DNA from: Stramenopiles sp. TOSAG23-6 | Taxonomy: Eukaryota | Direction of reading: 5' to 3' | Length of the DNA: 33,457 nucleotides | NCBI GenBank assembly: GCA_900128565.1 | Contig: LT635954.1 | Location: 1-33,457 of the forward strand | Shown: positions 17,755 through 28,626 of the stretch, piece by piece | Position numbering within the stretch: position 1 is the stretch's first letter | Layout of the letters: every line of letters begins with the position of its first letter | Made by a program: the position numbers and the translations under genes | Notes under the pieces: generated by a model | Databases searched by the model: none | The model's input: only the letters and a program-made list of their open reading frames with translations | Told to the model about the DNA's origin: nothing

Positions 17755-18489
17755 TCACATATGTTTTACATCATGTGTTGCTGCTGATGGAGCTGATGGA
17801 GGTAATACTGCCGTCGCCCTTGGTAATTGCTGTGTCACACCTGTCGCATATGGAGGAGTTGCCGTCGATATTGGTGATTGTTGTGTCACACCTGTTGCAT
17901 ATGGAGGAGTTGCCGTGTGAATCGTTTGTTGTTGATGGTACAATATTGGCTGTTGGTTGTACACTACTGGATGTTGTTGTACCGTCATTGGTTGCCGAAC
18001 CACAACTGTTGGTGGTTGCCGAACAACAACTGTTGGTGGTTGGTGTACCACCATTGTTGATGGTTGCTGTATTACTCGTTGTGGGGGTTGCTGTTGTCTG
18101 TTTTGTCTGCTGTTTTGCCTTCTTTTTCGGTAGACAAAGAAGTAATATGCACCAACAGCAGCCATTATGCAAATACCTACAATTAAACACGCTATGAGGG
18201 NGTTTCTCCTTTTATCTTCCTTAGCTTGCTTCTCAGCCAAAGTAATACAATTTTTACCATCTGTTGTATATCCTGCTCTACATTCCACACATTTCGTATC
18301 ACAGCTATCCGTAATTTTACATTTGAGGCACTTGTAACAATCGGCTGTCCAAAAATCATCGAAAAGTTCCTCCTGACATACACCGTCAGAGGGGTACGTA
18401 TACTCACGTGCTTCCGCAACACTTGTGATAGAGAAGAGCAACATTATGCATACAACGCTTACAGTTTGACTCAATGCAAACATTTTCAT
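17755..18489 (-). CDS. Single-pass membrane protein: signal peptide, small Cys-rich ectodomain, TM helix, Q/P/V-rich repeat tail
   Basis: Hydrophobic N-terminus; 8-Cys segment; TM LIACLIVGICIMAAVGAYYFFVY followed by RKRR; TATPPYATGVTQQ repeats (51-bp period, 17809-17916). An N at 18201 lies in the ORF. Confidence 0.75.
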   Translation of the reverse strand: MKMFALSQTVSVVCIMLLFSITSVAEAREYTYPSDGVCQEELFDDFWTADCYKCLKCKITDSCDTKCVECRAGYTTDGKNCITLAEKQAKEDKRRNXLIACLIVGICIMAAVGAYYFFVYRKRRQNSRQNRQQQPPQRVIQQPSTMVVHQPPTVVVRQPPTVVVRQPMTVQQHPVVYNQQPILYHQQQTIHTATPPYATGVTQQSPISTATPPYATGVTQQLPRATAVLPPSAPSAATHDVKHM

Positions 18490-18811
18490 TCAGCTTTCCG
18501 TTAAAGAAGAATTTCAAATCTCTCAAAGTACTTTGTTAATCTCCAGTGCACGCACAGAGAGTTTTGGTACCAGAGAGCGCACACAATGAATCGATCGAGA
18601 ATATTCCTACTTCTTGTCGTCTTGTATTGTAACGTAACTGTGACCGACTTCAGGACTTCTTCTTCATTTTTTTTCTCAAACTGATGACGGCTGAATTTCT
18701 AATTTAAATTTAAACGTTGTTGAAAAATCGTCAACTTTTTCAGACAACAATAATTATTTTGAAATATTATATTTTATTGAGTCGTGTTGGAGTTGGACAT
18801 ACTTTTGCAAC

Positions 18812-19468
18812 ATGGTGCATTCTGAAGAAGCAATGTATATGATGAAGTCTGCGTATGAAATAGCGCGAGATCAGCGAATTCTTGAAAATGAAGCTTTTCT
18901 AGCAAGTCTTGGGATCGATAGTGCTAAAGAAAAACTTGGTCTTGTAGATTTGAAGTCGAAGCCCGTCAAACCGAAAACAAAAAAGAAGTCAAAGCGAAAA
19001 CCAAAGCAGCCAAGTCGAAGGTCCAACCGATTGAAAAATGTCCCCGCTGATCTAACAGGATTATCTGAAGATTTGACAAAACAGTTAAATGCTACTTCAT
19101 TTGACCCAGTAGATGATGCTAGGCGTGAAAGACACCGACAAGCAAAATATGCAAAACTCATGGAAAAACACGCGGCATGTGGTTTGAAACTACCACCCGC
19201 AGCAACATATAGTCATACTGTACATCGTGTACTATCAATGAGTCAAAAGGCACTTCGTACACGTATTCGGGTAATTGAGAGAGCTCAAGGTCAATATGCT
19301 TGTCTGAAAATGCGTATGTTTGCAGAGGTACTTTTATTAGAAGAATACCCAGACTTAGCAAAGGAAGCTGTTGAAGCTCTAGATAGACTTTTAGTTTTAC
19401 CTAAATTTTCAAAGGCTTCTAAAAAAAATCACACACTTGTATATCAATTAGCAAAACAAGCTGACTAA
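18812..19468 (+). CDS. Hypothetical basic, probably nuclear protein
   Basis: SAYEIARDQRILENEAFLASLGI followed by a Lys-rich PSRRSNRL segment, a pattern common at the N-termini of eukaryotic chromatin proteins; no family assigned. Confidence 0.75.
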   Translation: MVHSEEAMYMMKSAYEIARDQRILENEAFLASLGIDSAKEKLGLVDLKSKPVKPKTKKKSKRKPKQPSRRSNRLKNVPADLTGLSEDLTKQLNATSFDPVDDARRERHRQAKYAKLMEKHAACGLKLPPAATYSHTVHRVLSMSQKALRTRIRVIERAQGQYACLKMRMFAEVLLLEEYPDLAKEAVEALDRLLVLPKFSKASKKNHTLVYQLAKQAD

Positions 19469-19600
19469 TGTGTATCAATTAGCAAAACAAGATAACTAAT
19501 GTATATCAATTAGAAAAACAAATATAAACAAATATAAACAAATAAGACTTTTTAAAATTATATAAACAAATATAAACAAATAAGACTTTTTAAAATTATA
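19442..19600. repeat. 31-bp tandem repeat (~2.7 copies) over the stop codon, followed by a 38-bp tandem repeat (2 copies)
   Basis: tatcaattag[c/a]aaaacaa three times; tataaacaaatataaacaaataagactttttaaaatta twice. Confidence 0.85.
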
Positions 19601-19814
19601 CGTTTATTATATTTTCCCATATGAACTCCTGAGGATTCAAAGCTCAACGTATAAATTATATAAATTATAGTAGCACTACTCGCTGTGTTGTTGCGATTGT
19701 TTATTAGTAGTACCGATTTTTCTTGCAAATATTTTTGATTTTCTTGCAGATATTTTTGGGGGAATATTATACCCGTTCATTCATTTTCATTATAAATCTA
19801 TGAAACGCCCATTT

Positions 19815-20255
19815 TTATAATAACGTGGCTTTTATCCAGTCAACAAATTGTTTCCTTTCGCGTAGAGTAAATTTTGTCCATCTTCCATGAACTATAGACT
19901 TTGTTTCCTCAAGAAGAATCGAGCTTGAATTACCTGGAAAATTTTCCACTGCTTTTGTTATATTTGTATCTTTTGTAACATTTGTATCTTTTTTAATCGA
20001 CTGTTGTAATACACGAGAACTCCGATATGGACTTGCGAATCCTACGGCTTCTCGAGTTGTAGGTCCTTTAGCAACTGATGCGGGACGTTCGTTATTAGGG
20101 CCAAATAAGATGGCCATTGCGTCTTTTGTTTGAAGAGATATATTTGATCCTGTTCCGTGTCCAACTTTATGTACCGGAGTGTCTGCTTTTGAAAGCTTTG
20201 CTTTCGTGATGTGACGCATAGTTTTTGTATTTCGTCTATTTTCGCACTTTTCTAG
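19815..20255 (-). CDS. Probable 3' fragment of an unknown gene cut at the inverted-repeat junction
   Basis: The frame stays open up to and across the 20256 junction and has coding-like composition; no motif recognised. Confidence 0.45.
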   Translation of the reverse strand, partial: LEKCENRRNTKTMRHITKAKLSKADTPVHKVGHGTGSNISLQTKDAMAILFGPNNERPASVAKGPTTREAVGFASPYRSSRVLQQSIKKDTNVTKDTNITKAVENFPGNSSSILLEETKSIVHGRWTKFTLRERKQFVDWIKATLL

Positions 20256-21688
20256 AAATGTTAGGTACAAGTTTTGGTACAAAAAAAGTAACTTTTATAT
20301 TTAATTTTGAAAATGTACATGATGATTCTTTTCCCAGTTTGTATCAGGACAACGAACAGAACCACCAAAACAATATAGGCAATCATTATACACAACACAA
20401 GAAGCACCAAGCCTAGATGTAGGATACCTGGAAGTTTTCACTGTTTTCCATTCAAATGTTTTTAAATAGATGCTGTGAAAAAATATTTCAAGTACAAACA
20501 TTTGTTAGGTACAAAATGTTTCTTTACAAAAATAAAAATGAAGTGAATGATGAAAACGTATTTAGAACATTAACTACTGAAAATATCGCGTATGGTGGTT
20601 CAGACTGAGTATCTAGATTTGTTTCACCTGACTGAAATACTAATAAATTGTTGTTGTGTAGCACAATTCCTGTACCATTTGGTCTGCTTTTACATGTATT
20701 TTAGAAAAGTATTTCAAAAAAAAATCGTTAAGTACAACATTTCGTATGAAAAAAAATCAAAATTGAAAAAAAATAGAACATACACTTTGGTGACTTTCCA
20801 AACGTTATTTTTCGACGCCAAGTTTTGGTTTCTAGATGTAGAAAAAAAATGACACCATTCCAGAAAACAACAAGATGTCCATTATAAAACATTTGATGGA
20901 TTAGTCCATCAACGTTATTTATTGCTCGATTCGGACCGTTTCCCAACAGTTCCAATTTTGTCCAAATTGGTTCAGGAGTTGCCGAGAGATCAAGTTGATA
21001 AAGGTCCGTTAATGCAATTTCATCCCAATTCTTACCCCCGTAGATATATAATATATCACCAACAATACATGCATCAACTTTTGACCTTTCTTCGGGTACA
21101 CAACCTGTACATGCATTGTAAAAAACAATTTCAACAATTTGAAATTCGTTAGGTACGAAATTTGGTATAAAAAAATAAATTGAAAAGGAATGATGAAAAC
21201 GTACATGTCACTTCAGTCCAGGTTTGGTTGGCAAAAGTAAATTTGTGAACATCTGAAAAACAACTGTTTTCACCAAGACCTCCAAAGGCAATAATACACT
21301 CATCTTTATACACTACAGTAGAAACCCAACTACGTTCTTTTGGTGGTGTTCCTTTGGATTTTACTTTTTTCCATTTTCTCTCTTTGAAATTATACATTTC
21401 TAAAGTATTCAGACGCCTTCCATTTGAGTATCCTCCAAAAACGTACAAGGTATCCTTATGTACACACGCACCTACGGTTTCGCGAAGAGTAGGTCGGAAA
21501 TCTCCTAAAGCTTGACACGTAAACCACTTGTATGGTTCTGCACTGCGTGTGAGTACTTCTTGAAGTTTACGTTCTAAGGAGTCGCGAACCAAAGTTTCTT
21601 CTACATCTGTTGTATCGTCCACCTCAAGATTATACTTTTTCAACTGGTTCTTCAGTTGTTGCACTGAAAACTTCGATGTATCAATCAT
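20256..21688 (-). pseudogene. Mirror copy of Kelch gene, truncated inside intron 4 (lacks BTB exon)
   Basis: Reverse complement of 11770..13202; introns mirrored at 21111..21204, 20694..20783, 20468..20561 and 20256..20318 (partial). Confidence 0.8.
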
Positions 21689-21985
21689 ATTACCTATACC
21701 CCAAGAAATAAACTCCTGGCGTCGTATCTCCAGTGATTTAAATTCATTTATCCATTATGATTGTTGTTGTCGTAGATACGAAGCTCGCTCCTCTTTTTTG
21801 ACTTTCGGAATCAAAATGAGTCAAAAAAAAAAATGAGTCAAAAAATGACAGCGCGTCAGTCGCGAATAGGACAACAGTTACTAACTCACTATTTATATTG
21901 TTGTGTGAGACTCGCTTGAAGTCAACGAAAAATATTTTGAAGGTCGAGCCGGAGTCCTTCACCAACCTTCTTCGTTCACCTACAA

Positions 21986-23026
21986 ATGTTGAAAAGAATG
22001 CTCTCAAAGTCACCTGCACCTTCGAATCCACCTTCGCCGTGTTTACCAAAAAAAACGATTCTTGTAATCGATGGTGGTGAAACAAATTGGATAGCAATTT
22101 TTGCTTCGTCGCGTACTTTGATGGTTAGTGGTAAAAATCATGAAATTATTATAGAACAGTGCGGTTGGTCTGACATTAGTCTAACATCAAGCTGTGAGAA
22201 AGGCGCATCACCTTCTGTGCTTGTACATATTCGTGTACGCTCAAAGAATGGTCCACGCTTCGATTCGCGTAAACTTATTAAACCCGATTTTGTTCTCGTA
22301 AGAAACGAAGTGAGAGGCGTTGGTGCAGGTACGGATTGGCGGAAAATTTTATATGGGTTCATGTATTCGCAAGTTCCTTCGCTAAATAGTTGGGAATCAA
22401 TTATTATGTTTTGCGAGCGACCTATCAGCCATGCGTCTCTTCTAACAATTCGAAGCAGATTGGGAGAGGATGTCTTCCCAGTAATTCCTCAATCGTATTA
22501 TGAAAATCATGGTAACATGATGTGGTGGGAGGACTTCCCGGTAGTTTGCAAAATTGGTCATGGCCAAGCGGGTTATGGTAAAATCAAGATAGAAAATAAA
22601 AATCGATTTGATGATGTAAAATCAATCCTGGCAACAACAAATCAATATTGTACTGTAGAGCCTTTTATAAATGGTGCGTTTGATTTACGTATTCAAAGAA
22701 TTGGTCTGGATGACTCCAAATGTCATTATAGAGTATTTCAGCGTCGATCTGTCTCTGGAAACTGGAAGACGAATGTAGGAGCAAGTGTTATTGAAGAGAT
22801 TGAAATGAATGAAAGATATAAATTATGGGTGGATGAAGCTGCGAAATGTTTTGGTGGACTTACTATTGTAACAGTTGATGCTATACACTGTGAAGAAACA
22901 GGGAAGGAATTTATATTAGAGATGAATGGAACATCTTCAGGACTAATGCCGGAATGTGCTGCAGAAGACAATGGATATATTAAAGATGAAGTATTAAATA
23001 TTGCAAAAAAGGCATGGGAAAAATAA
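21986..23026 (+). CDS. Synapsin-like ATP-grasp protein (mirror copy)
   Basis: Identical translation to 10432..11472. Confidence 0.88.
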   Translation: MLKRMLSKSPAPSNPPSPCLPKKTILVIDGGETNWIAIFASSRTLMVSGKNHEIIIEQCGWSDISLTSSCEKGASPSVLVHIRVRSKNGPRFDSRKLIKPDFVLVRNEVRGVGAGTDWRKILYGFMYSQVPSLNSWESIIMFCERPISHASLLTIRSRLGEDVFPVIPQSYYENHGNMMWWEDFPVVCKIGHGQAGYGKIKIENKNRFDDVKSILATTNQYCTVEPFINGAFDLRIQRIGLDDSKCHYRVFQRRSVSGNWKTNVGASVIEEIEMNERYKLWVDEAAKCFGGLTIVTVDAIHCEETGKEFILEMNGTSSGLMPECAAEDNGYIKDEVLNIAKKAWEK

Positions 23027-23093
23027 ATGGAATTTTTTTTATTTAGCCAGTGCTGTTATGTTTCCCCCTCAATATATGGTGGGATTCCAATTT

Positions 23094-24566
23094 TCAATGG
23101 TTTTTCTTATTTTGCTCCGCTTCCTGCAAGTCCTCCAAGCACTCGTTAGCGCTTTCTAGACATGAGTCACTCACGATACCTTTCTCCTCAGCTATCTTGA
23201 TTGCAGCCAGTAGTGTACTAATACTATCACTTTTACATACCTCCTTCAGTGCATCGTCTGCCTCCTGCTCTTGCAAGTACTCCAAGCACTCGTTAGCGCT
23301 TTCTAGACATGACTCACTCACGATACCTTTCTCCTCAGCTATCTTGATTGCAGCCAGTAGTGTACTAATACTATCACTTTTACATACCTCCTTCAGTGCA
23401 TCGTCTGCCTCCTGCTGTTCTTGTTCTTCTACTTCTTCGAGATGTCTTTCCTTGTCCCACTTTTCCCAAGACTCGTCTTTTAATCGCTCTAACCATAAAC
23501 GCAATAACAGTTTATCTTTTGGTGTATCTAATGTGCCTTTTAGTGCTTCAAAGGCTGCATTAATTTCCTTCCAACCACCACCAGCTTGATTTTTTTGACG
23601 AACTGTTCCATACCCCCCACAAATGCATGTATAGTAGTCATAATTACCTCGTGGTCCTAGTGGCGGCCGATCACGGTCAAAACTTGTGTCACAATATCGT
23701 TCAATCACTGCGTGTATGAAACGTGCAGCATCAACGGCAGTGGTAAATGGGTATATTTCTATAGGTCCTTCCATATTAGCCCACCTAATCTCCATCGTAA
23801 AATCAATGGCAGGTGCAGCTCTGGCAGCTCTGGCTGCAGCAACGGCTGCTCTATCAGCTGCGTCCTGCAGTTTCGACTCTGCATAACCATACAATCGACA
23901 TGTCGTCCTTAGTTTTTCCGAAGCCCCTATGGCCGCTTCTATCAATTCGTTGTTTAAGATGTACTCATCTCCCACCTCAAAATAACTTTCCAATATCTTA
24001 ATAATTGTCTGCTTAAAAATTTCTTCATTTCCATGCTTCTGGAGAGAGAGAGCTTCGATTTTGTCAAGTCCCTGAGCTTGGCTGTGGGGAAACGCCGCGA
24101 TCAAAATATTGGCCTGCTCCTGCAAGAAATCGACGGTAAAGTATGGTTCGGTAAAGTATGGTTCTTCTTTGTGATTCCAAAATGGTTTGGTTATTTCGGG
24201 ATCTTTGAACCTCACTAACTCTTTTATTACTTCTCTGAAAAAAAGTACATCTTCATTTCGCTTTATTAAAGAAAGGATAGCATGTGCTTTCCCTTTTTCA
24301 TCCATCAACTTTTGCGCTTCTTGCAGTGCATAGCAAAAACTCTCTGAGTATGGATCGACCAGCTCCATCAGGTGGTGAAAAGTATAACCAGTCGTCCATG
24401 CTGGTTCTAGTTGCTGCATACGATCTTTGGCCAGTTTCAGCTGCTGCTGAGCATGTTGTAATTTTGCTTTGGCATCGAGTACTGCTTGCCTTTCGGCATC
24501 AATCGAAGGAGTCATTTTCGGAATTGAGTTGCAAATATTAATTGCATTTGAAAACCCCGGAACCAT
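23094..24566 (-). CDS. Hypothetical helical protein (mirror copy)
   Basis: Mirror of 8892..10364. Confidence 0.7.
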   Translation of the reverse strand: MVPGFSNAINICNSIPKMTPSIDAERQAVLDAKAKLQHAQQQLKLAKDRMQQLEPAWTTGYTFHHLMELVDPYSESFCYALQEAQKLMDEKGKAHAILSLIKRNEDVLFFREVIKELVRFKDPEITKPFWNHKEEPYFTEPYFTVDFLQEQANILIAAFPHSQAQGLDKIEALSLQKHGNEEIFKQTIIKILESYFEVGDEYILNNELIEAAIGASEKLRTTCRLYGYAESKLQDAADRAAVAAARAARAAPAIDFTMEIRWANMEGPIEIYPFTTAVDAARFIHAVIERYCDTSFDRDRPPLGPRGNYDYYTCICGGYGTVRQKNQAGGGWKEINAAFEALKGTLDTPKDKLLLRLWLERLKDESWEKWDKERHLEEVEEQEQQEADDALKEVCKSDSISTLLAAIKIAEEKGIVSESCLESANECLEYLQEQEADDALKEVCKSDSISTLLAAIKIAEEKGIVSDSCLESANECLEDLQEAEQNKKNH

Positions 24567-24768
24567 TTTCAGATAACCGGGTACCCGGTAACTGCACCAA
24601 TCAATCATCTCGGTTCGGGTCAAATTTGACACCTCGCAGCTTCTTCACGCCTTCTTCACTCGTCATGTAAAGTAAAGTTTAAGAAGAATATTACTAAAAG
24701 CCTTCAAGAAGACGCAATCTATCCATTAAGCTTTGTTTTTTTTGACACTAGAACAAAACTTACCGACA

Positions 24769-25626
24769 ATGGAGGCACCTAGCACAGACTTTTATGGCAC
24801 TCCCACGCTTCCCGAGTCTGGTGGAACCACATTGTTTATCATTGATCCTCAAGTAGATTTCCATCCAGGTGGCTCGCTAGCCATAGAAACTGCAGACGCC
24901 GATGCTTCGCGAATTGCTGACATGATCGCAACACACGGCGATAAAATCAACGATATTATTATAACTCTGGATACACATGAAGCTATGCACATTGCACATC
25001 CTGGATTTTGGGTGAGTACTGCTACTGGAGCATCTCCTGAACCATTTACAATCATTACCTCAGAAGATATTACTTCGGGAAAATGGACTACTAGAAATCC
25101 CTCTCACAAGACCTGGGGGCTGAAATATTGTCAAGAGTTGGAAAAGCAAGGTCGTTTTAAGCTTTGTATTTGGCCTGAGCATTGTCTCATCGGTACACGT
25201 GGTCACAATGTTGTAGACTCAATCAATGATGCCCTTGACAAGTGGGTGAAGCAGGCAGAAAAAGAAAGTCGAACAGTTCATTACTTTATAAAAGGAAACA
25301 ATATGTTAACTGAATGTTACAGTGCATTTAGAGCAGATGTTCCTGTTGATTCAGACCCACGTACCTTTTACGATGAAAAGCTTCTTGCTCGACTTCTTCG
25401 TGCAAATCGTGTGTTAGTTTGTGGACAGGCCATGAGCCATTGTGTAAATTTTACAGTTCGGGATATGGTTCCTCGTTGGCCAAAAGAACGATTACGTGAT
25501 ATATTCTTACTTGAAGATTGTCAATCACCTGTATCTGGGTTTGAAGCTAATGCTCAGGAGTTTTTATCGTTTGCAACTGAAGCGGGAATTTCTGTTATTG
25601 ATAGTAAAAGTTTATCTTGGAAATGA
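24769..25626 (+). CDS. Nicotinamidase/isochorismatase-family hydrolase (mirror copy)
   Basis: Mirror of 7832..8689. Confidence 0.85.
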   Translation: MEAPSTDFYGTPTLPESGGTTLFIIDPQVDFHPGGSLAIETADADASRIADMIATHGDKINDIIITLDTHEAMHIAHPGFWVSTATGASPEPFTIITSEDITSGKWTTRNPSHKTWGLKYCQELEKQGRFKLCIWPEHCLIGTRGHNVVDSINDALDKWVKQAEKESRTVHYFIKGNNMLTECYSAFRADVPVDSDPRTFYDEKLLARLLRANRVLVCGQAMSHCVNFTVRDMVPRWPKERLRDIFLLEDCQSPVSGFEANAQEFLSFATEAGISVIDSKSLSWK

Positions 25627-25702
25627 CTTTGATTCAAAAAAAACAAATAAAGAAAAAATATCGGTTTATTTTATATTATATTATATTATATCTGCAAAAC
25701 TT

Positions 25703-27182
25703 TTACCCTCTTGAATGTGGTATTGTAGGAGGTGGTTTGGTCTGAAGCTTTTTCGTAGATTTCTTTGGAGATTTTAAGCCTTTGTCAGTGATACTTGGTA
25801 TAGATGATTTGTTTATATGACTAGGTACTCGTTTTTGACCTGGAATAGAAGTGAAAAATCCAGTTTTTTCTATTCTTTGACATCTTGAAGACTCAAATAC
25901 TCGACCATTCATACAAATAAAAACGCCACGTTTTAAAACATTCAATGCACCAACAGAAACACCAACATTAAAATCAGCATCAGAGGCTTTGTAGACTTCT
26001 GGAATAAATATATTTTGGAAAAATATTTCAAAAAAAATTATTGTTAGGTACAAAATTTCGTACGAAAAACAAATTTGGAATTTGAAAAAAAAAAAAAAAC
26101 ATACATGCACCAGTGAAAACAATTGTTTTCTTTGAAAGCGCACCATGTTTACCTGCTGCTAAAATGTTCTGTCGTAAATATTGTGCTGTTTGAACCATTC
26201 CTTCTTCACTGTGTGTCACAAGAATCTTGTTGGATTCTGCGATACTACATATTCTAACTAAACGATTTAAATCTTCGTTTTTTGCAGTACCTGACCGACG
26301 ACATAGGGAAATGACGTCATACGTAAATCCAATTGGAAGTAACGCAAATAATCGTGCTGTAGCAGAATCGCCAATCATAGCTTTTGCACCACCATTAGGT
26401 TCGCTACCATCACCCACTGGATACATTTTGTCAATAGTCCCTCCCATTTGAATTAATGTAACGTGAAATTGGTTTTTATCAACTTTTTTCGTATCTTCAG
26501 AAGATACCAATGAATCTGATGATGAGAGTGGTGTAGCTATAGGTAATCTTGGAGTCATTCCACTATATGCACTGCGTGATGTCAGCATACCGTACTCTGA
26601 ATGCGAATTTCTCAACAAATTTTGACCCATTTGAGGCGGTCGTAAATTTGGTTCAAGAATCTTCAATAAACCACTGACAGTCGGTCGTCTTAAAGTACGT
26701 ATTTTTTTAGCATGAAGCGATATTTCTTCCACGGCATCACTTACACTAAGATTATATCGATGGTGTAACCATAGAGCCAATGCATCTGCGGTTCTTCCTT
26801 GGCCAGTTGCGCAGTGGACGACAACTTTTTCTCCTGCTTCTTCGGCGTCACTGAAGGCTCTTAGTAAACCTTCAAGCGATCCTTCTGTATACGGTGCCAC
26901 ACGAATGACAGTACTAAAATGTTCTCTATATGTTGATAACAATGATGTTTCAAAGAAAGAATATTCTTCCGGAGTAAGCAGGACAATTACTCGAGATATT
27001 TTTGCACTTTTCATAAATGAAGCCCAGGTCTCGACAGAACTCAAATTTGTTGGAGCAGTCCTCGGAGTCCTTGGTGTACCTACCTCGGGATGTTTAAACC
27101 CAGGTTCACAGCAGCCATATACTATACTATCTCGATCAGATGCAGAACCAAAGTTGAATCGGGGACCTCTGGGAGCAGACAT
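25703..27182 (-). CDS. CX5R phosphatase/asparaginase-like fusion (mirror copy; intron 26008..26104)
   Basis: Mirror of 6276..7755. Confidence 0.83.
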
Positions 27183-27281
27183 TCTGGCTTTTGTAACTAA
27201 AAATCTTTTTTAGTATTTGTAGTAGCCTTGAAGCTCGAGTATCCGTTTGTCCGTTTTAATGTCAGTTATTTTTTTTCGTTC

Positions 27282-27503
27282 ACCCGGTACCCTATACCTA
27301 CTAAAAAATGATTAAATTTGAAATTTGTTGGAAATTTATAAAAATTGTTCATATGACATAATAATTTATTTGAAATAATGATATTTTCTTAGAATAATGA
27401 CATGTTGTAGTGTATTACAATCGTTGATATAAATGATACACATTATCATAGTACTATAGCTATATATATTAATTAATCACTTTCTTTGAAGATTTCTCAA
27501 AAT
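27282..27503 (-). repeat. ~210-bp repeat (mirror of 5955..6176)
   Basis: Part of the inverted arm. Confidence 0.9.
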
Positions 27504-27657
27504 CAAAAATTTGAAGATTGATGGTGTTTTTATTTAAAGAATAGCGTCAAATTCTAAATTAAAAACATTCAATCCTATATCAAACTTTCATTCTTCTGCC
27601 TTTTTTTGCAAGCAATATATACCAATATACAATGGGGTATTTCCGTCATTGTCAGCC

Positions 27658-28164
27658 TTATTTATTGACATCTGCACCAGCAGCAATAAGTTGCCCAACT
27701 ACTTCAGCATGACCACTCGCTGAAGCAATCCACAATGGGGTGCGCCCGTCTTCATCAACATGATTGACATTAGCACCATTCTCAAGAAGTAGTCGAACTA
27801 CTTCTGGATGACCATTCAGTGAAGCAGCATACAATGGATTAATTCCGAAATTAGGATTAGTCTGATTTATCTTAATTCCCTTTACTTTGAGGAGTTTTTC
27901 AACTACTCCCACACGACCATTCGCTGAAGCAATCCACAATGGGGTTCTTCCCAATTCATCAGCCTGATTGACATTAGCACCTTTACCAAGAAGTAGTCCA
28001 ACTACTTCAACATGACCGCCATATACAGCATAATGTAAGGCGGCCCATCCTTTTTTTGGAACCCGGAGTGCCCGCATTGCCCGCGCGCGCATACGGCCTA
28101 ACCGGTAAGGGGTTGTACGCCGTACAGTCTTCTTTTTTGCTGCAATCTTATTAATTTTTACCAT
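27658..28164 (-). CDS. Ankyrin-repeat protein (mirror copy)
   Basis: Mirror of 5294..5800. Confidence 0.83.
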   Translation of the reverse strand: MVKINKIAAKKKTVRRTTPYRLGRMRARAMRALRVPKKGWAALHYAVYGGHVEVVGLLLGKGANVNQADELGRTPLWIASANGRVGVVEKLLKVKGIKINQTNPNFGINPLYAASLNGHPEVVRLLLENGANVNHVDEDGRTPLWIASASGHAEVVGQLIAAGADVNK

Positions 28165-28276
28165 TTTATGAAAGTAGTCGTAGGGTACGTACTACTAGTA
28201 ACACTTTTTGCTTGTCAGACCGACCTCGAGCTGGTGAGACGCTGGTGAAACACAATTTGAAAATCAGAATAATATT

Positions 28277-28490
28277 ACCCGGTACTACTAAAAAATGATT
28301 AAATTTGAAATTTGTTGGAAATTTATAAAAATTGTTCATATGATGTAATAATTTTTTGAAATCATGATTCTTTCTTAGAATAATGACATGTTGTAGTGTA
28401 TTACAATCGTTGATATTAATCACATACATTATCATAGTACTATAGCTATATATATTAATGAATACACTTTCTTTGAAGATTTCTCAAAAT
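28277..28490 (-). repeat. ~210-bp repeat (mirror of 4968..5181)
   Basis: Part of the inverted arm. Confidence 0.9.
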
Positions 28491-28626
28491 TTAGATATAT
28501 CATATAAAATATATTATATAATCCACGAGTATGAAAATTTTATAAAAAAAATGTTTATATATATTCAAAAGTTTGTTTTTTTAGTCTTCCCATTGTTATA
28601 ATTTACAACCAAAACTCTTGCGAATT

